A stretch of 64,000 bases of DNA from a candidate division WS6 bacterium OLB20. GTDB taxonomy: Bacteria > Patescibacteriota > Dojkabacteria > B142 > OLB20. The DNA is taken from the NCBI GenBank assembly GCA_001567355.1, contig JYNZ01000002.1, forward strand, positions 199,477 through 263,476. Direction: 5' to 3'. The position numbers were made by a program, and so were the translations under genes. This document shows positions 1-9,646 of the stretch, in pieces (position 1 is the stretch's first letter; the number at the start of each line of letters is the position of its first letter). The notes below the pieces were generated by a model. The model did no database searches. It was not told where the DNA came from and was given only the letters and a program-made list of their open reading frames with translations.

Positions 1-1
1 T

Positions 2-583
2 CCCGGGCGGGGTATCGACCCGCAGGATCAGGTAGGCGTACATTTCAGCAATGACGATACTGTTGTCGCACTTGTAAACACATATTCAGGTGAAAAAGAA
101 ACCATTGCTCTGCACAGCAGGGATGGTTCCGAGATTAAGACGATCAACGGCCAGGAAGAACGTCTGCCGGCCTTTCCTGCGTTTCGGGACAGAAACACAA
201 TGTTCTACCGCTTTGGTCCTTCACTGCGTGAGGTACAGGTGCAATCACAGACCGGTATATACGGACTGGCTGTGAGTCAGCCATTTACCGGCATGAACCT
301 GGCACTGTCAGGTAATGGCCTCTACCTTGCTTACTGGGATATTGAAGCCGACGGAAGTCCATACCTTGGTTTGTATTCAACCTCTTCGGGTACAGCAGCA
401 AAACTTACTGACGGATACGGCTACCCGCAATGGTTATCAAGCGACACTGTTCTTGCTCTTGAGGTCTCAGTACGTGAGGGATCGGACTTTCTGCAGACCG
501 GCGGACTGGCAAGCATTGACAGAGCATCCGGTGGCGTCTCATTGCTTGTGGATGCTGTTGTCAGCAGCTATGCCTTGGAGTAG
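2..583 (+). CDS. hypothetical protein, 3' portion (5' end upstream of window)
   Basis: Reading frame is open from the window edge to the stop at 581-583. No motif recognised. Confidence 0.35.
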   Translation, partial: PGRGIDPQDQVGVHFSNDDTVVALVNTYSGEKETIALHSRDGSEIKTINGQEERLPAFPAFRDRNTMFYRFGPSLREVQVQSQTGIYGLAVSQPFTGMNLALSGNGLYLAYWDIEADGSPYLGLYSTSSGTAAKLTDGYGYPQWLSSDTVLALEVSVREGSDFLQTGGLASIDRASGGVSLLVDAVVSSYALE

Positions 584-592
584 AATGGTCGT

Positions 593-1636
593 ATGAAGAA
601 CCATACTGCTCTCGCACTTATTGCGCTGGTCTTCGGTTTCATTATTGTCTCCGCCAGCATCGGAGTATCACTTCTTCTCAGCGCAGGCCGGTCAGTCTCA
701 TCTGACAGCTCTCCAGCGATCACTTTCAGTATGAAGAGCGAGCACTGTATTCAGGGTGAACGGCTGAATGAAACGTTTGCCATCTGCGTACCGGATTGCA
801 GCAAAAGCGGCTGCGAGCTGATAGAAACTGAACTCCGCACTCTTGGATCTGCTGTCAGGACTTTGACAGGCGAGCAGCATTCTCTGAAACCTGTATCGAA
901 TATGCGCACACTCGTTCGCTATACCGTTACAGGCAGCAGACTTTCTGCTGTCTTTAAGCAGGAGACGACAAAAGAGTTTGAGCCGTTGCGTGACAACAGA
1001 CAGCTCCATGAAGAGCTCTGGAAGAGTCTTGTGCGCCTGCTTCCGGAATCGTATCTGAGGGATGTATCTGAACTTCACATCATGTCAGACGGTCCGGGAT
1101 CCTTAACCTCCATGGTAATACCCGATCCACAGGATCCACTTTTGAGAATTATCCTGATTGATATTAAGGACTGGTCATCCGACCGTGGTGTAAATGATGC
1201 GCAGGTCGTTCTGGATAGCATCAGAATAAACACTGCCATGACCGTCATGCACCCTTCACAGGTTTCAACTCAGGAGGACTGCACGGTATCTGAGTCGGAT
1301 TTCGTTTGTGCAGCCGACGGATCGATACTATCTGACTTTGCCGGACTGCACTGGTCTGCAGGTGACTACGAGACTGCTGCAGCTCTGGAAGATATACGCC
1401 AGCCTGAGCTGACAGACGCCAGATACGCCGCATACCTTGAAAAGCGATCAAATTTTGTCAATCCGTATGCAGTTACATCACCTGAATACGATCTTGCCGA
1501 GACTATGACGGAGTTTGTGATCGGGTCCCGACCGTCAAACGAGCGGCCTGTCGACCGCAAGGTTCTGTTTCTCTACACAAGACCTGAAATGCTGGCATTA
1601 CGTGATTTCTTACGGGGACGTATTGCGTCACAATGA
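593..1636 (+). CDS. hypothetical membrane-anchored protein
   Basis: 347-aa ORF with an N-terminal hydrophobic helix (ALIALVFGFIIVSASIGVSLLL). No family recognised. Confidence 0.5.
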   Translation: MKNHTALALIALVFGFIIVSASIGVSLLLSAGRSVSSDSSPAITFSMKSEHCIQGERLNETFAICVPDCSKSGCELIETELRTLGSAVRTLTGEQHSLKPVSNMRTLVRYTVTGSRLSAVFKQETTKEFEPLRDNRQLHEELWKSLVRLLPESYLRDVSELHIMSDGPGSLTSMVIPDPQDPLLRIILIDIKDWSSDRGVNDAQVVLDSIRINTAMTVMHPSQVSTQEDCTVSESDFVCAADGSILSDFAGLHWSAGDYETAAALEDIRQPELTDARYAAYLEKRSNFVNPYAVTSPEYDLAETMTEFVIGSRPSNERPVDRKVLFLYTRPEMLALRDFLRGRIASQ

Positions 1637-2154
1637 GGTATGTATTGCTTCCGGGCTTTTCACCGGGTAACAGAGAATGGGCATCCTCACTTGCAGACGC
1701 ATTTAAGCAGCAGGGAATCGATCTTGAAGTGCAGAAGTGGCTGCACTGGGATGATGGTTCAGAAAACTTCAGAGTGGCAGAAGAGACTGAACGTTTTCTG
1801 TCAGAATATGCACGTGAGGATATCTGCGTATTTGCAAAGTCAATCGGAACAAGGTTCGTCTGCGAACTGCTGCGCAGACAGCAGGAAAAGCTGAACATTT
1901 CAAAGCTTGTACTGATGGGAATTCCGGCACTTCACAGAAATATTCTTGCTGGTCTCGGCAAACTCCAGCCGGAAAAGGTTACGGCAATTCAGAACAGTGG
2001 CGATCCTTTTGCATCCGCCAGCTCAGTGGCAGATTTTCTCGCAGAGTATCCTGCTGAACTGATAGTTAAAGAGTCAGACAGCCATGATTACCCGTATCCT
2101 GATGATCTGATAGCAATTGCGCAGGGTGTAACTTCCCGGCGTCTAACAGAGTAG
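1633..2154 (+). CDS. alpha/beta-hydrolase fold serine hydrolase (YdeN/RBBP9-like)
   Basis: 173 aa. Its ATGA start overlaps the upstream stop. LLPGFSPG N-terminus and nucleophile-elbow-like FAKSIGTRF. Size is typical of the family. Confidence 0.4.
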   Translation: MRYVLLPGFSPGNREWASSLADAFKQQGIDLEVQKWLHWDDGSENFRVAEETERFLSEYAREDICVFAKSIGTRFVCELLRRQQEKLNISKLVLMGIPALHRNILAGLGKLQPEKVTAIQNSGDPFASASSVADFLAEYPAELIVKESDSHDYPYPDDLIAIAQGVTSRRLTE

Positions 2155-2179
2155 AGATTAATTTATTAACATATCTGCC

Positions 2180-2950
2180 ATGCCGCACTATGTCAGGGAA
2201 TACCTGAAAACGGTATTCACCTTTGCCACAAAGGCAATGTTTGTGTTCTTTCTGGTTCTGATTCTTGTTATGCTTGCCTTTGCCCAGCTGTTCCGTCAGT
2301 CACAGCAGCTGCAGGATCCCCAGCATTACCGCGTTCAGGGTACTGCCGAGCGTAAGGTAACACCTGACACGATTTATCTGACTGTCGGTACACGGGTCGA
2401 AGGGTCAGACATTGTTGCGATCCAGACAGAAGCAAATAATAAGATCAATGCAGCTGTAAAGGCGATTGAAAATCTGGGAATTCCAAAAGAAAATATCCGG
2501 ACATCAGAGTATGCGTTAAATCCGGAGTATGACCGCGAAGGCAGGGATATCACCGGTTACAGTGTAAATATTGAGGTACGTGTTACCGTTGAAGATGCCA
2601 CGCTCGAAGAAAACAAAGCCGGTGATGTAATAAAAGTTGCATCGGGTAACGGTCTTAACGAAGTTCGCTCGCTTTCCTACGAGGTCAGCAACCGTGAAGA
2701 AATCCTCGAGGAACTCAAGCTGGAAGCAATTGAGGACGCTAAAGGCAAAAAGGATGCAGTTGCGGATGCAGCCGGTCTGAGACTTGGGGATCTGAAGTCC
2801 GTTGAAGAAGGGTATTACTATCCATATTACGATAACTTCGGCAGAGCAGAGACAGTCTCGGACGGAGCTGCTGCAGCACCAAGTGTACAGATCAGTCCCG
2901 GACAGAGTGAGCTGTCGATCACTGTAACCCTTGTATACGAGATACTCTAG
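2180..2950 (+). CDS. SIMPL/DUF541 domain protein (periplasmic, BP26-like)
   Basis: N-terminal TM or signal helix. Segments typical of SIMPL-family proteins: IYLTVGTRVEGSD...AI.N.KINAAVKAIENLGIPKENI.T and YSVNIEVRVTV. Confidence 0.55.
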   Translation: MPHYVREYLKTVFTFATKAMFVFFLVLILVMLAFAQLFRQSQQLQDPQHYRVQGTAERKVTPDTIYLTVGTRVEGSDIVAIQTEANNKINAAVKAIENLGIPKENIRTSEYALNPEYDREGRDITGYSVNIEVRVTVEDATLEENKAGDVIKVASGNGLNEVRSLSYEVSNREEILEELKLEAIEDAKGKKDAVADAAGLRLGDLKSVEEGYYYPYYDNFGRAETVSDGAAAAPSVQISPGQSELSITVTLVYEIL

Positions 2951-4427
2951 CGGGTAAATAATACGGGAGCTGCAGTTCCTCGGCGGACTGCAGCTCCGTA
3001 ATTTTCATAGTGTGTGTTCGTGTGTGTCTGCGCAGGATTTTGTAAATATCAAAATCGAAGCGGTACTGCATGCGGTCAGAGGAATTGAACTTTTCAAGGA
3101 GTGGTTTGCTGCTTCCTAGAAGACACCACTTGTCAATCAGAAACTGCTCACTGTCACCTTCGTTGTTCTCCTCTGTCAGCAGAACCGGTCCCTCCCACTC
3201 CCAGGCGTCAACACTGTATTCATGGAATGCCAGCATCAGCTGTGTGTTGTAATCCTCCGGTGTTACTTTTCCGCTGCAGGCACCGCTGCAGATACCGATT
3301 TGTGATGCAAAGCAGCTGCCTTTGCCCGCCTCAAGTCCGAGTAGTTTGTGGCAGAGTCCGTATCGTTTGGCAAAGTTTGCCAGGATGTGCTCAAGCTGTG
3401 ATTTTGATTTAAAGACTCCAAAAAAACTGGCAAACTCGTCAGGTGATACAGACGGAACCTCAACACGCTTGAGGCTGATATAACCGTCATCAGTGGTCTC
3501 TTTAAGCAGAAGCAGCATGCCACGGTTTCTGCGCAGCATCCGGTTGTACAACGGAATCTCTGTTTTAATCATCAGTGCCTCGCGCAGCAGGGCACCAAGC
3601 TCTCCTGTCGTGCGGATAGTTCTGATGCTTGAGTAATTTTCGGTGAACCTGTTTGCACCAGAACGGAGATGGTCCTGGACCCGCTTCTTAATGTTTATGC
3701 TTTTACCGATATAGAGCGGACTGCCTTGTTCGTCTTCAAATACATAGACTCCGGGTCCTTCGGGCAGGTTAACAACCGGTTTATTTCGGGCTGAGACATG
3801 CTTCTCGAGCGTGATCTCTGCCAGATGGCGCATTACCTGCTCATCAGAATGATCCTGCCGTGAACGTTCGATAAAGTGATGGATAACAAATGCGTCGTCA
3901 AGCGCGCGGTGCCTGTTTTCGACAGTCAGACCGAGCCTGGCAATGATGTGATCAAGTCCGTGACGTCTCTGCGCAGGGTACAGTCTTCTGGACAGTTTAA
4001 CGCTGCATGCGTAGGAAAAGCTGCGCGGGAACGCGGCGCGTTCAAACTCTGCCGCAAGAAAGCTGATGTCAAATGCGGCGTTGTGTGCAATCAGCAGAGA
4101 GTCTCCGATAAAGGTGTCAATCTCTGCTATGAGCTCGGCAAAGGTACGCTCTGAAACAAGATCATGGTCAGTAATCCCGGTCAGTCTGCTGATAAATGCA
4201 GGCAGCGGTATTTCGGGGTTAATCAGCGCGTTAAAACGGTCAATCTCTTTTCCGTTCTGCACTTTTACCATTCCTATCTCTATCACGCGGTCATCACCGG
4301 CACGTACACCGGTGGTTTCAAGATCAAACAATACCATGACCGGGTCGCGGGTGATGTTTGCTACAATTGGATCTGAACCTGTTTGAATCATGCAATCACT
4401 AAGAACAATCTGCGCTGTGCTGCTCAT
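2919..4427 (-). CDS. DnaQ-like 3'-5' exonuclease fused to GIY-YIG (UvrC/Cho-like) nuclease
   Basis: N-terminal DEDDh exonuclease motifs (VLFDLETTG, AHNAAFDISFL, H..LDDA). Central GIY-YIG (GVYVFEDEQGSPLYIGKSINIKKRVQDH). UvrC-like Cys cluster (CFASQIGICSGACSG). Confidence 0.7.
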   Translation of the reverse strand: MSSTAQIVLSDCMIQTGSDPIVANITRDPVMVLFDLETTGVRAGDDRVIEIGMVKVQNGKEIDRFNALINPEIPLPAFISRLTGITDHDLVSERTFAELIAEIDTFIGDSLLIAHNAAFDISFLAAEFERAAFPRSFSYACSVKLSRRLYPAQRRHGLDHIIARLGLTVENRHRALDDAFVIHHFIERSRQDHSDEQVMRHLAEITLEKHVSARNKPVVNLPEGPGVYVFEDEQGSPLYIGKSINIKKRVQDHLRSGANRFTENYSSIRTIRTTGELGALLREALMIKTEIPLYNRMLRRNRGMLLLLKETTDDGYISLKRVEVPSVSPDEFASFFGVFKSKSQLEHILANFAKRYGLCHKLLGLEAGKGSCFASQIGICSGACSGKVTPEDYNTQLMLAFHEYSVDAWEWEGPVLLTEENNEGDSEQFLIDKWCLLGSSKPLLEKFNSSDRMQYRFDFDIYKILRRHTRTHTMKITELQSAEELQLPYYLPARVSRIQGLQ

Positions 4428-5514
4428 TATTGTATCAGGAACAGCCTGTGTACAGCCACTGCCGGAAGATCAGGATACACCGCCCGAAGCAGTGCCGGTC
4501 GCAACCGGTAAACCTCTGATCCATGGATGGATACCACACTGGGAGATTAATGCAGGTATAGATACAATGGAGTCATATCCGTTATTTGCCAGTGTATCTC
4601 CGGTCTGGTACGAGGTCGGGGCAGGCGGGACTCTTCTGCCGGTTGGTGGTGACCGGGACCCGCTGATCAGGTATTCCGCTCAGACTGAAACTCAACTGAT
4701 CCCGTCGATAGCATCCTTTGACCATAACACGTTCTCCTCTCTGGCTGCGACCGACGAGCAGCTCTACGCCCATGCTGATGCAATCCTGGCAGAGGTTGAC
4801 AGGTACGGATACGACGGTATTGATCTGGATTATGAATCTGTCAAGCTGGAAGACGGTCCTGCATACATGACACTGATTCGCACGCTCGCCGAAGAACTGC
4901 ATGCACGCGAAAAACTGCTTTCGGTTACTGTTCTGGCCAAGTGGGGTGATCAGGTCGCCTACGGCTACCGACCAGAGACCAGAGCAGTTCAGGACTGGAC
5001 AGAGATTGCTGTCCACGCGGACCAGCTGCGGATAATGACGTATGATTTCACCTATCAGGGTGCTACATATCCAGGGCCGATTGCACCCGAGAGCTGGGTT
5101 CGAGCTGTGACAGAGTATGCTATTGAAAAAGCACCACGCGAAAAGCTAATACTAGGTGTCCCGACTTACGCGTATGAATGGTTTCAGCCTCAGGGGAGCT
5201 CTGAGACCCTGCTGCAGTTTGAGCCGAACGGCCTGACCAATCCGCAGTCTGAATCAGGGAACGCACGTTCATATCCGTTTTCCACCGTTGAACGCATTCT
5301 CGCCGAATATCCGGGTGAATCTGTGTTTTTTCAGGGCGAACATATCTACCGCTACAAGAGGTCGGGAGAAGACAGAGTAGTCGTCTTTACTGACCCTCAG
5401 GGCATACTTGATCGCTACCGGCTGGCTGAAGAATATGGTCTGGCTGGGATCAGCTTCTGGCGTCTGGGCGAAGAGGGTGACCTGTATTCGGATCTTTCCT
5501 CATATCTGGATTAG
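4390..5514 (+). CDS. glycoside hydrolase family 18-like protein (secreted/lipoprotein candidate)
   Basis: Signal peptide (MQSLRTICAVLLIIVSGTAC). GH18 catalytic motif DGIDLDYE. Confidence 0.6.
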   Translation: MQSLRTICAVLLIIVSGTACVQPLPEDQDTPPEAVPVATGKPLIHGWIPHWEINAGIDTMESYPLFASVSPVWYEVGAGGTLLPVGGDRDPLIRYSAQTETQLIPSIASFDHNTFSSLAATDEQLYAHADAILAEVDRYGYDGIDLDYESVKLEDGPAYMTLIRTLAEELHAREKLLSVTVLAKWGDQVAYGYRPETRAVQDWTEIAVHADQLRIMTYDFTYQGATYPGPIAPESWVRAVTEYAIEKAPREKLILGVPTYAYEWFQPQGSSETLLQFEPNGLTNPQSESGNARSYPFSTVERILAEYPGESVFFQGEHIYRYKRSGEDRVVVFTDPQGILDRYRLAEEYGLAGISFWRLGEEGDLYSDLSSYLD

Positions 5515-5542
5515 CTGTGTTGTTTCGGGTAGACTGTTTTTT

Positions 5543-6328
5543 ATGATGTACTATCTCTTCATAGCACTTTCGTTTGCCGTTGGACTTCTTTGCGGTTGGG
5601 CTATGCGAAACGCAGTTGTCCATGAAAAGAAAATCCTCAGTCAGCTGAAACGTCCGGGCAGGATACTTGCCATACTGTATTCAGAAAAGCATGCCAAACA
5701 TGTCGCATTTGACCTTACGGTAGGCACGATTCTGGGTCTCTGTTTTGCGCAGATTTCATCACAGGTCTGGATGTACAGCGATCTGCCACTTGCCCTCAAA
5801 CTTGTGGCAATTAAAGTGGTCGGAATTATCGTACTGCTGCTTGTCTATCTCGCGGTTTACGACCTCCTGACGATGGAGATTCCTGCAGCTGTCAGTTATC
5901 TGGTACTTGCGATTCTCATCTGCGCCAACGCAGTGTTACTTGTTGTTGCAGGTACAGGCAGTATTACGCTCTGGCAGGGTAATGAGATCTGGCCTCTGAG
6001 CAGCTTTGCTGCAGGAATAACGGGTGCATTTCTGGTGGGAGTAATAGTTGTTGCTACAAAGGAGCGTGGCATGGGAGCAGGTGATATCTTTCTAGCCGCT
6101 ATTCTGGGACTTGCACTTGGTCTGTCAAAATCGTTTGTCGCATTTTACGTCACCATCCTCAGTGCAACTGCTGTCGGTCTGGTTGTCGCTTTCCGCAAGG
6201 GGACACTTAAAAACGTTCCGATTCCGTTTGTACCGTTTATTGTCTTTGGCATTCTCATAACATTTCTTTTCTGGAATCTGATCCTTCCGTTTCTGCAGTA
6301 TTCTGCAGGTCTCAGCTTTTTACGCTGA
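5543..6328 (+). CDS. pilD: prepilin peptidase (A24 family)
   Basis: Motifs LAVYDLLTMEIP and GMGAGDIFLAAILGLALG, with multiple TM helices. ATG at 5543 is preferred; the track ORF starting at 5408 overlaps the upstream gene. Confidence 0.8.
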   Translation: MMYYLFIALSFAVGLLCGWAMRNAVVHEKKILSQLKRPGRILAILYSEKHAKHVAFDLTVGTILGLCFAQISSQVWMYSDLPLALKLVAIKVVGIIVLLLVYLAVYDLLTMEIPAAVSYLVLAILICANAVLLVVAGTGSITLWQGNEIWPLSSFAAGITGAFLVGVIVVATKERGMGAGDIFLAAILGLALGLSKSFVAFYVTILSATAVGLVVAFRKGTLKNVPIPFVPFIVFGILITFLFWNLILPFLQYSAGLSFLR

Positions 6329-6736
6329 TCAGTTACTCAGTGAAGGGGGATTGCTTGAATAATCAACGATGTATACTTCTGTTATTTCTGACTCCATAAA
6401 TCCTGCCGAAATACTTACATTTTTAAGTGTCCCGCCGGCGTCTGTCACCGTTGCAGTGCAACTTCTGCCCGGATAGCTGTCAGGATAGGTTACAATAAAG
6501 CTACCCAGATAATTATTATCACTTCTGATCAGACGTACCGCCTCTTCGAGACAGGAACGTGTCGTAAGGCGTGCGTACACACTGTCAGAGTAGCCGCGTG
6601 TAGAGACTGCAACATCTGAGGCAGCGAGCAGGAGAGCGATACCGCCTGCCAGCAGTATTGCCATCGACAGGATCAGAATGGTCAGCGCGATGATTCCCTT
6701 GTGCTTAGTTTTCATAGTTGATCGAAATACTTTCAA
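6329..6736 (-). CDS. PilX-like minor pilin / pilus assembly protein
   Basis: 135 aa. Basic N-terminus followed by a hydrophobic helix (KHKGIIALTILILSMAILLAGG). Overlaps the next pilin gene (translational coupling). Confidence 0.45.
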   Translation of the reverse strand: MKVFRSTMKTKHKGIIALTILILSMAILLAGGIALLLAASDVAVSTRGYSDSVYARLTTRSCLEEAVRLIRSDNNYLGSFIVTYPDSYPGRSCTATVTDAGGTLKNVSISAGFMESEITEVYIVDYSSNPPSLSN

Positions 6737-8663
6737 GAACCGGAGTGAATACCTTGTTGGAGGTCAGGTAAACCCTGTACTGTATGTAGCGTCTGTTGTT
6801 AATACTTGCAGGAGTGTACTCACCAAGTGCATTGGTAAAAAATGTCGACCCGGTGCCATCGGGACCCACCCACGGTTGTGCTGACAGGTCTGCGGTGTTG
6901 CCGGCCCGGATCTGCACCTGTATGTCTGTATTTTCTGCAAGTGTTTCATCCCAGTAGACCGAGTAGAACTGAGTTGAGGTTGAACCGGTATCAAACACCT
7001 GTGAGATGTAGTCTCCTTCTTCAAGATACTCATCACCCTGACCGCCACCGCCACCTCCGCCAAATTCGCCTCCAAGGATAATGGTGAGTTCAGCCCCGGA
7101 GTCATCAACAAGTACGTATGACCAGATTTTATTTCCTGAGTCGACAATACCCTCGACACCAAGTGCACCCTGGTTCATCTGCATACCGCCACAGTATGAT
7201 GGTGACAGCTCGTTTGAAATATCAAGCACCTGATACTCTTCGCCTCCGGTGCCGACAAGTACTGCTCTGCTGTCCTGTTCAATTACAGTCAGGTCACGGA
7301 TGGTTGTCCCATTTGTATTGTAGCTTGCAATAATCGGACGGTTGCCTGTTTTAACCGAAGTGTCAATGATAAAGAACTCAGCCTGCGAAACCGAGTTGCT
7401 GGTACCAACGTATGCCCGTGTGCCTGCAGCGTTGACAAATACCGTGTTGGCACTTTGTGCGTTGAGATCAGCCTGACCGACCGCAAAGATATTTGACGGG
7501 TTTGTAACATCAATAATCTGAAACTCGATTGAGGCACCCTGGATTGCGATATAGGCATAGTTTCCCACAACCATCATATCAACGCCGTTTTTAATCAGCT
7601 CTACCGAGTCGAGCTCAGGGCGGGATCCTGTTCTGCTGCTCAGGTCAAATGTTCTGAACGTGCTGCCCTGGGTCATGTATCCGACGTTTCCCTTGACCCA
7701 GACCGCATTGCCATCCGTGGAAGACGAGGCATTAAAGTAACCTACATACTGCAGATTATTCTGATTTGAGGAGTCAAAAATACCGACCTCGGCTCCATTA
7801 TCATCCGATGTCACATAGACATAGCCGGGCTCGGCATAGATATCGTTGAGCTTGCTGAGTGTGCTGTCGGTATCAAGCTGAGTCACCACCGGTGGTATGT
7901 CACTCGTGATGCTGACACTGTCAAGACCGGGACCGGACGCGTTGCCTCCTGTAGAAAGGTATGCGTAATTAGGAATCGCAGAGATTGAAGTCGGGTTACC
8001 CTGGCGCTGCATGTTGTAGGTTGTCGAAGTCAGAAACGGCAGACACCAGTCAGGCTCAATCTCGTCCTCCAGGTCAAGCTCAAGCGCCCCTCCATTTGTG
8101 GAAGTAACAATGATACCGTCGCCGGTTCCATTAGTAAAGTCAGACTGGATCGTCTCAAGCCAGACAGGTGTGTTCCAGTTGGTTACTATCAGCGCATGCT
8201 CTGTGGTCAGCAGTACGCCATCGCTACCAGTCCAGCTTACGGTAAAGTTGATCAGTCTGCTGTTAATGTCCTCGCTGCCGCCGGTATAAATAATTGTGCC
8301 CAGATCATCCCTGAAAACTCTGTCAATCGTAAAACTGATCTGGTAATCTTCGTTCTGCTTGGGACCGTTTGCGATAGAATATGTGTCGCTGGTGTAGGAC
8401 AGGCTCTTCTCACCGCCTTCGGTATTATCAATGATTGACTTCCACAGGCTCTGTTTGTTTACAAGCAGGGCACGCATTTCCTCCTGCAGAATGGTGGCAG
8501 CATTAACAAAGCCTCTTGTTCTGCGGGTGAAGGTGGCTGCATCAGTGGCAAATACAAAAACTGAGGAAAGGACAATTGTGATTACTGCGATAACTACGAG
8601 CAGCTCAACCACAGAAAAGCCCTGAAATTTTTTTGCCCGCCTGAGCATGAATATAGTCAGCAA
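6705..8663 (-). CDS. large prepilin-type protein (tip adhesin or minor pilin candidate)
   Basis: Class III signal sequence KKFQG|FSVVELLVVIAV, followed by about 620 aa rich in beta-strand-like sequence. Contains a poly-Gly tract (GGEFGGGGGGGQG). Confidence 0.6.
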   Translation of the reverse strand: MLTIFMLRRAKKFQGFSVVELLVVIAVITIVLSSVFVFATDAATFTRRTRGFVNAATILQEEMRALLVNKQSLWKSIIDNTEGGEKSLSYTSDTYSIANGPKQNEDYQISFTIDRVFRDDLGTIIYTGGSEDINSRLINFTVSWTGSDGVLLTTEHALIVTNWNTPVWLETIQSDFTNGTGDGIIVTSTNGGALELDLEDEIEPDWCLPFLTSTTYNMQRQGNPTSISAIPNYAYLSTGGNASGPGLDSVSITSDIPPVVTQLDTDSTLSKLNDIYAEPGYVYVTSDDNGAEVGIFDSSNQNNLQYVGYFNASSSTDGNAVWVKGNVGYMTQGSTFRTFDLSSRTGSRPELDSVELIKNGVDMMVVGNYAYIAIQGASIEFQIIDVTNPSNIFAVGQADLNAQSANTVFVNAAGTRAYVGTSNSVSQAEFFIIDTSVKTGNRPIIASYNTNGTTIRDLTVIEQDSRAVLVGTGGEEYQVLDISNELSPSYCGGMQMNQGALGVEGIVDSGNKIWSYVLVDDSGAELTIILGGEFGGGGGGGQGDEYLEEGDYISQVFDTGSTSTQFYSVYWDETLAENTDIQVQIRAGNTADLSAQPWVGPDGTGSTFFTNALGEYTPASINNRRYIQYRVYLTSNKVFTPVLESISINYEN

Positions 8664-8702
8664 TATTAATCAACTGTAACTGTTTCGGTTTGTCTGTGCA
8701 AC

Positions 8703-9188
8703 TTAGAAGTCCAGCAGAAACGCTGACTCCACCTCACGTACCACATCCGGAAACTTATCAGAGGTATACGTTGCAACAACTCTGATCCCCACAAGCGATC
8801 CGTCTGACAGTTCAACAGGTTCAAAGCGCAACTGTGTGACCCGCAGTTCTCCGGATGAGATAAAATTATCAACCCCTTCCTCGCTGAACTCGATCCGCTG
8901 CGAGTCGAGACGATAGATGTAATCATCGGTTCCGGCCGTAAGGTGCAGTACGCCGTTGTTGTTGTCAAACACGGAGGTCCCTGCATTGATGGCCGATGCG
9001 CGGTTGAATGTATCCTCCATATGATTAAACAGAAACAGGACGGAGCGTTCTACCTCATTCTGGACGAGACTGCGTCTGTTGGACTCAGATACACTGAGCA
9101 TAAATGCGATGACCACGGTGAACATGACACCAAACACGGCAAGATACACAAGAGTTTCAATCAGAGTTATCGCCCGTTGTCTCACCAT
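8703..9188 (-). CDS. pseudopilin with prepilin-type N-terminus
   Basis: QRA|ITLIETLVYLAVFGV with Glu at +5. Residue -1 is Ala rather than Gly. Confidence 0.55.
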   Translation of the reverse strand: MVRQRAITLIETLVYLAVFGVMFTVVIAFMLSVSESNRRSLVQNEVERSVLFLFNHMEDTFNRASAINAGTSVFDNNNGVLHLTAGTDDYIYRLDSQRIEFSEEGVDNFISSGELRVTQLRFEPVELSDGSLVGIRVVATYTSDKFPDVVREVESAFLLDF

Positions 9189-9646
9189 CAGAGTGCGGTT
9201 TTAAGATATTCTATCAACCCTTCGCTGTTGACCTGCAGCCTGTGCTGGTACGTTCCGTCAGTATACGAAGCGTAGCCAAACACGTCAGGCCTGAAGGACC
9301 CGCTGGCAAAGACAACCTCTGTCGCACCGCCTCCAAATGCTGTCTCGTCAAAGGCGACACCTGATGGCAGTCCAAATTCTGCCGTATCAGTGGCGGAAGC
9401 GAGCGAGGGACCGGTAAAAACGGTTATACCGTCAGCGTCAAAAGCTATCCCGTGATCGTTACCTCCGTTTCCCGAAAACGACAGCTGCTGCTGCAGAAAA
9501 AAGCGTGAAGTCATGTCTCGCATGTACGCATCTGCATTGGTCTGAATAATGCTTGATACCGTGAGAGGAATAGACACAAGAGCGATTGCAACAAGAACAC
9601 CCATCACAACAACTATTTCAAGCATTGTGAATGCTTTATGCTTCAT
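9188..9646 (-). CDS. pseudopilin with prepilin-type N-terminus
   Basis: KHKA|FTMLEIVVVMGVLV with Glu at +5. Residue -1 is Ala. Confidence 0.55.
   Translation of the reverse strand: MKHKAFTMLEIVVVMGVLVAIALVSIPLTVSSIIQTNADAYMRDMTSRFFLQQQLSFSGNGGNDHGIAFDADGITVFTGPSLASATDTAEFGLPSGVAFDETAFGGGATEVVFASGSFRPDVFGYASYTDGTYQHRLQVNSEGLIEYLKTAL

Noticed and set aside
698-1898. ORFs 698-1078(-), 1245-1451(-), 1366-1560(-) and 1503-1898(-), antisense to the 593-1636 and 1633-2154 genes
   Set aside because: They lie fully inside longer sense ORFs on the opposite strand and have no motifs. They are typical shadow ORFs.
5408-5542. Upstream start for the prepilin peptidase at 5408
   Set aside because: It overlaps the last 100 nt of the GH18 gene in another frame. 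The ATG at 5543 sits just after the GH18 stop and precedes the first TM helix.
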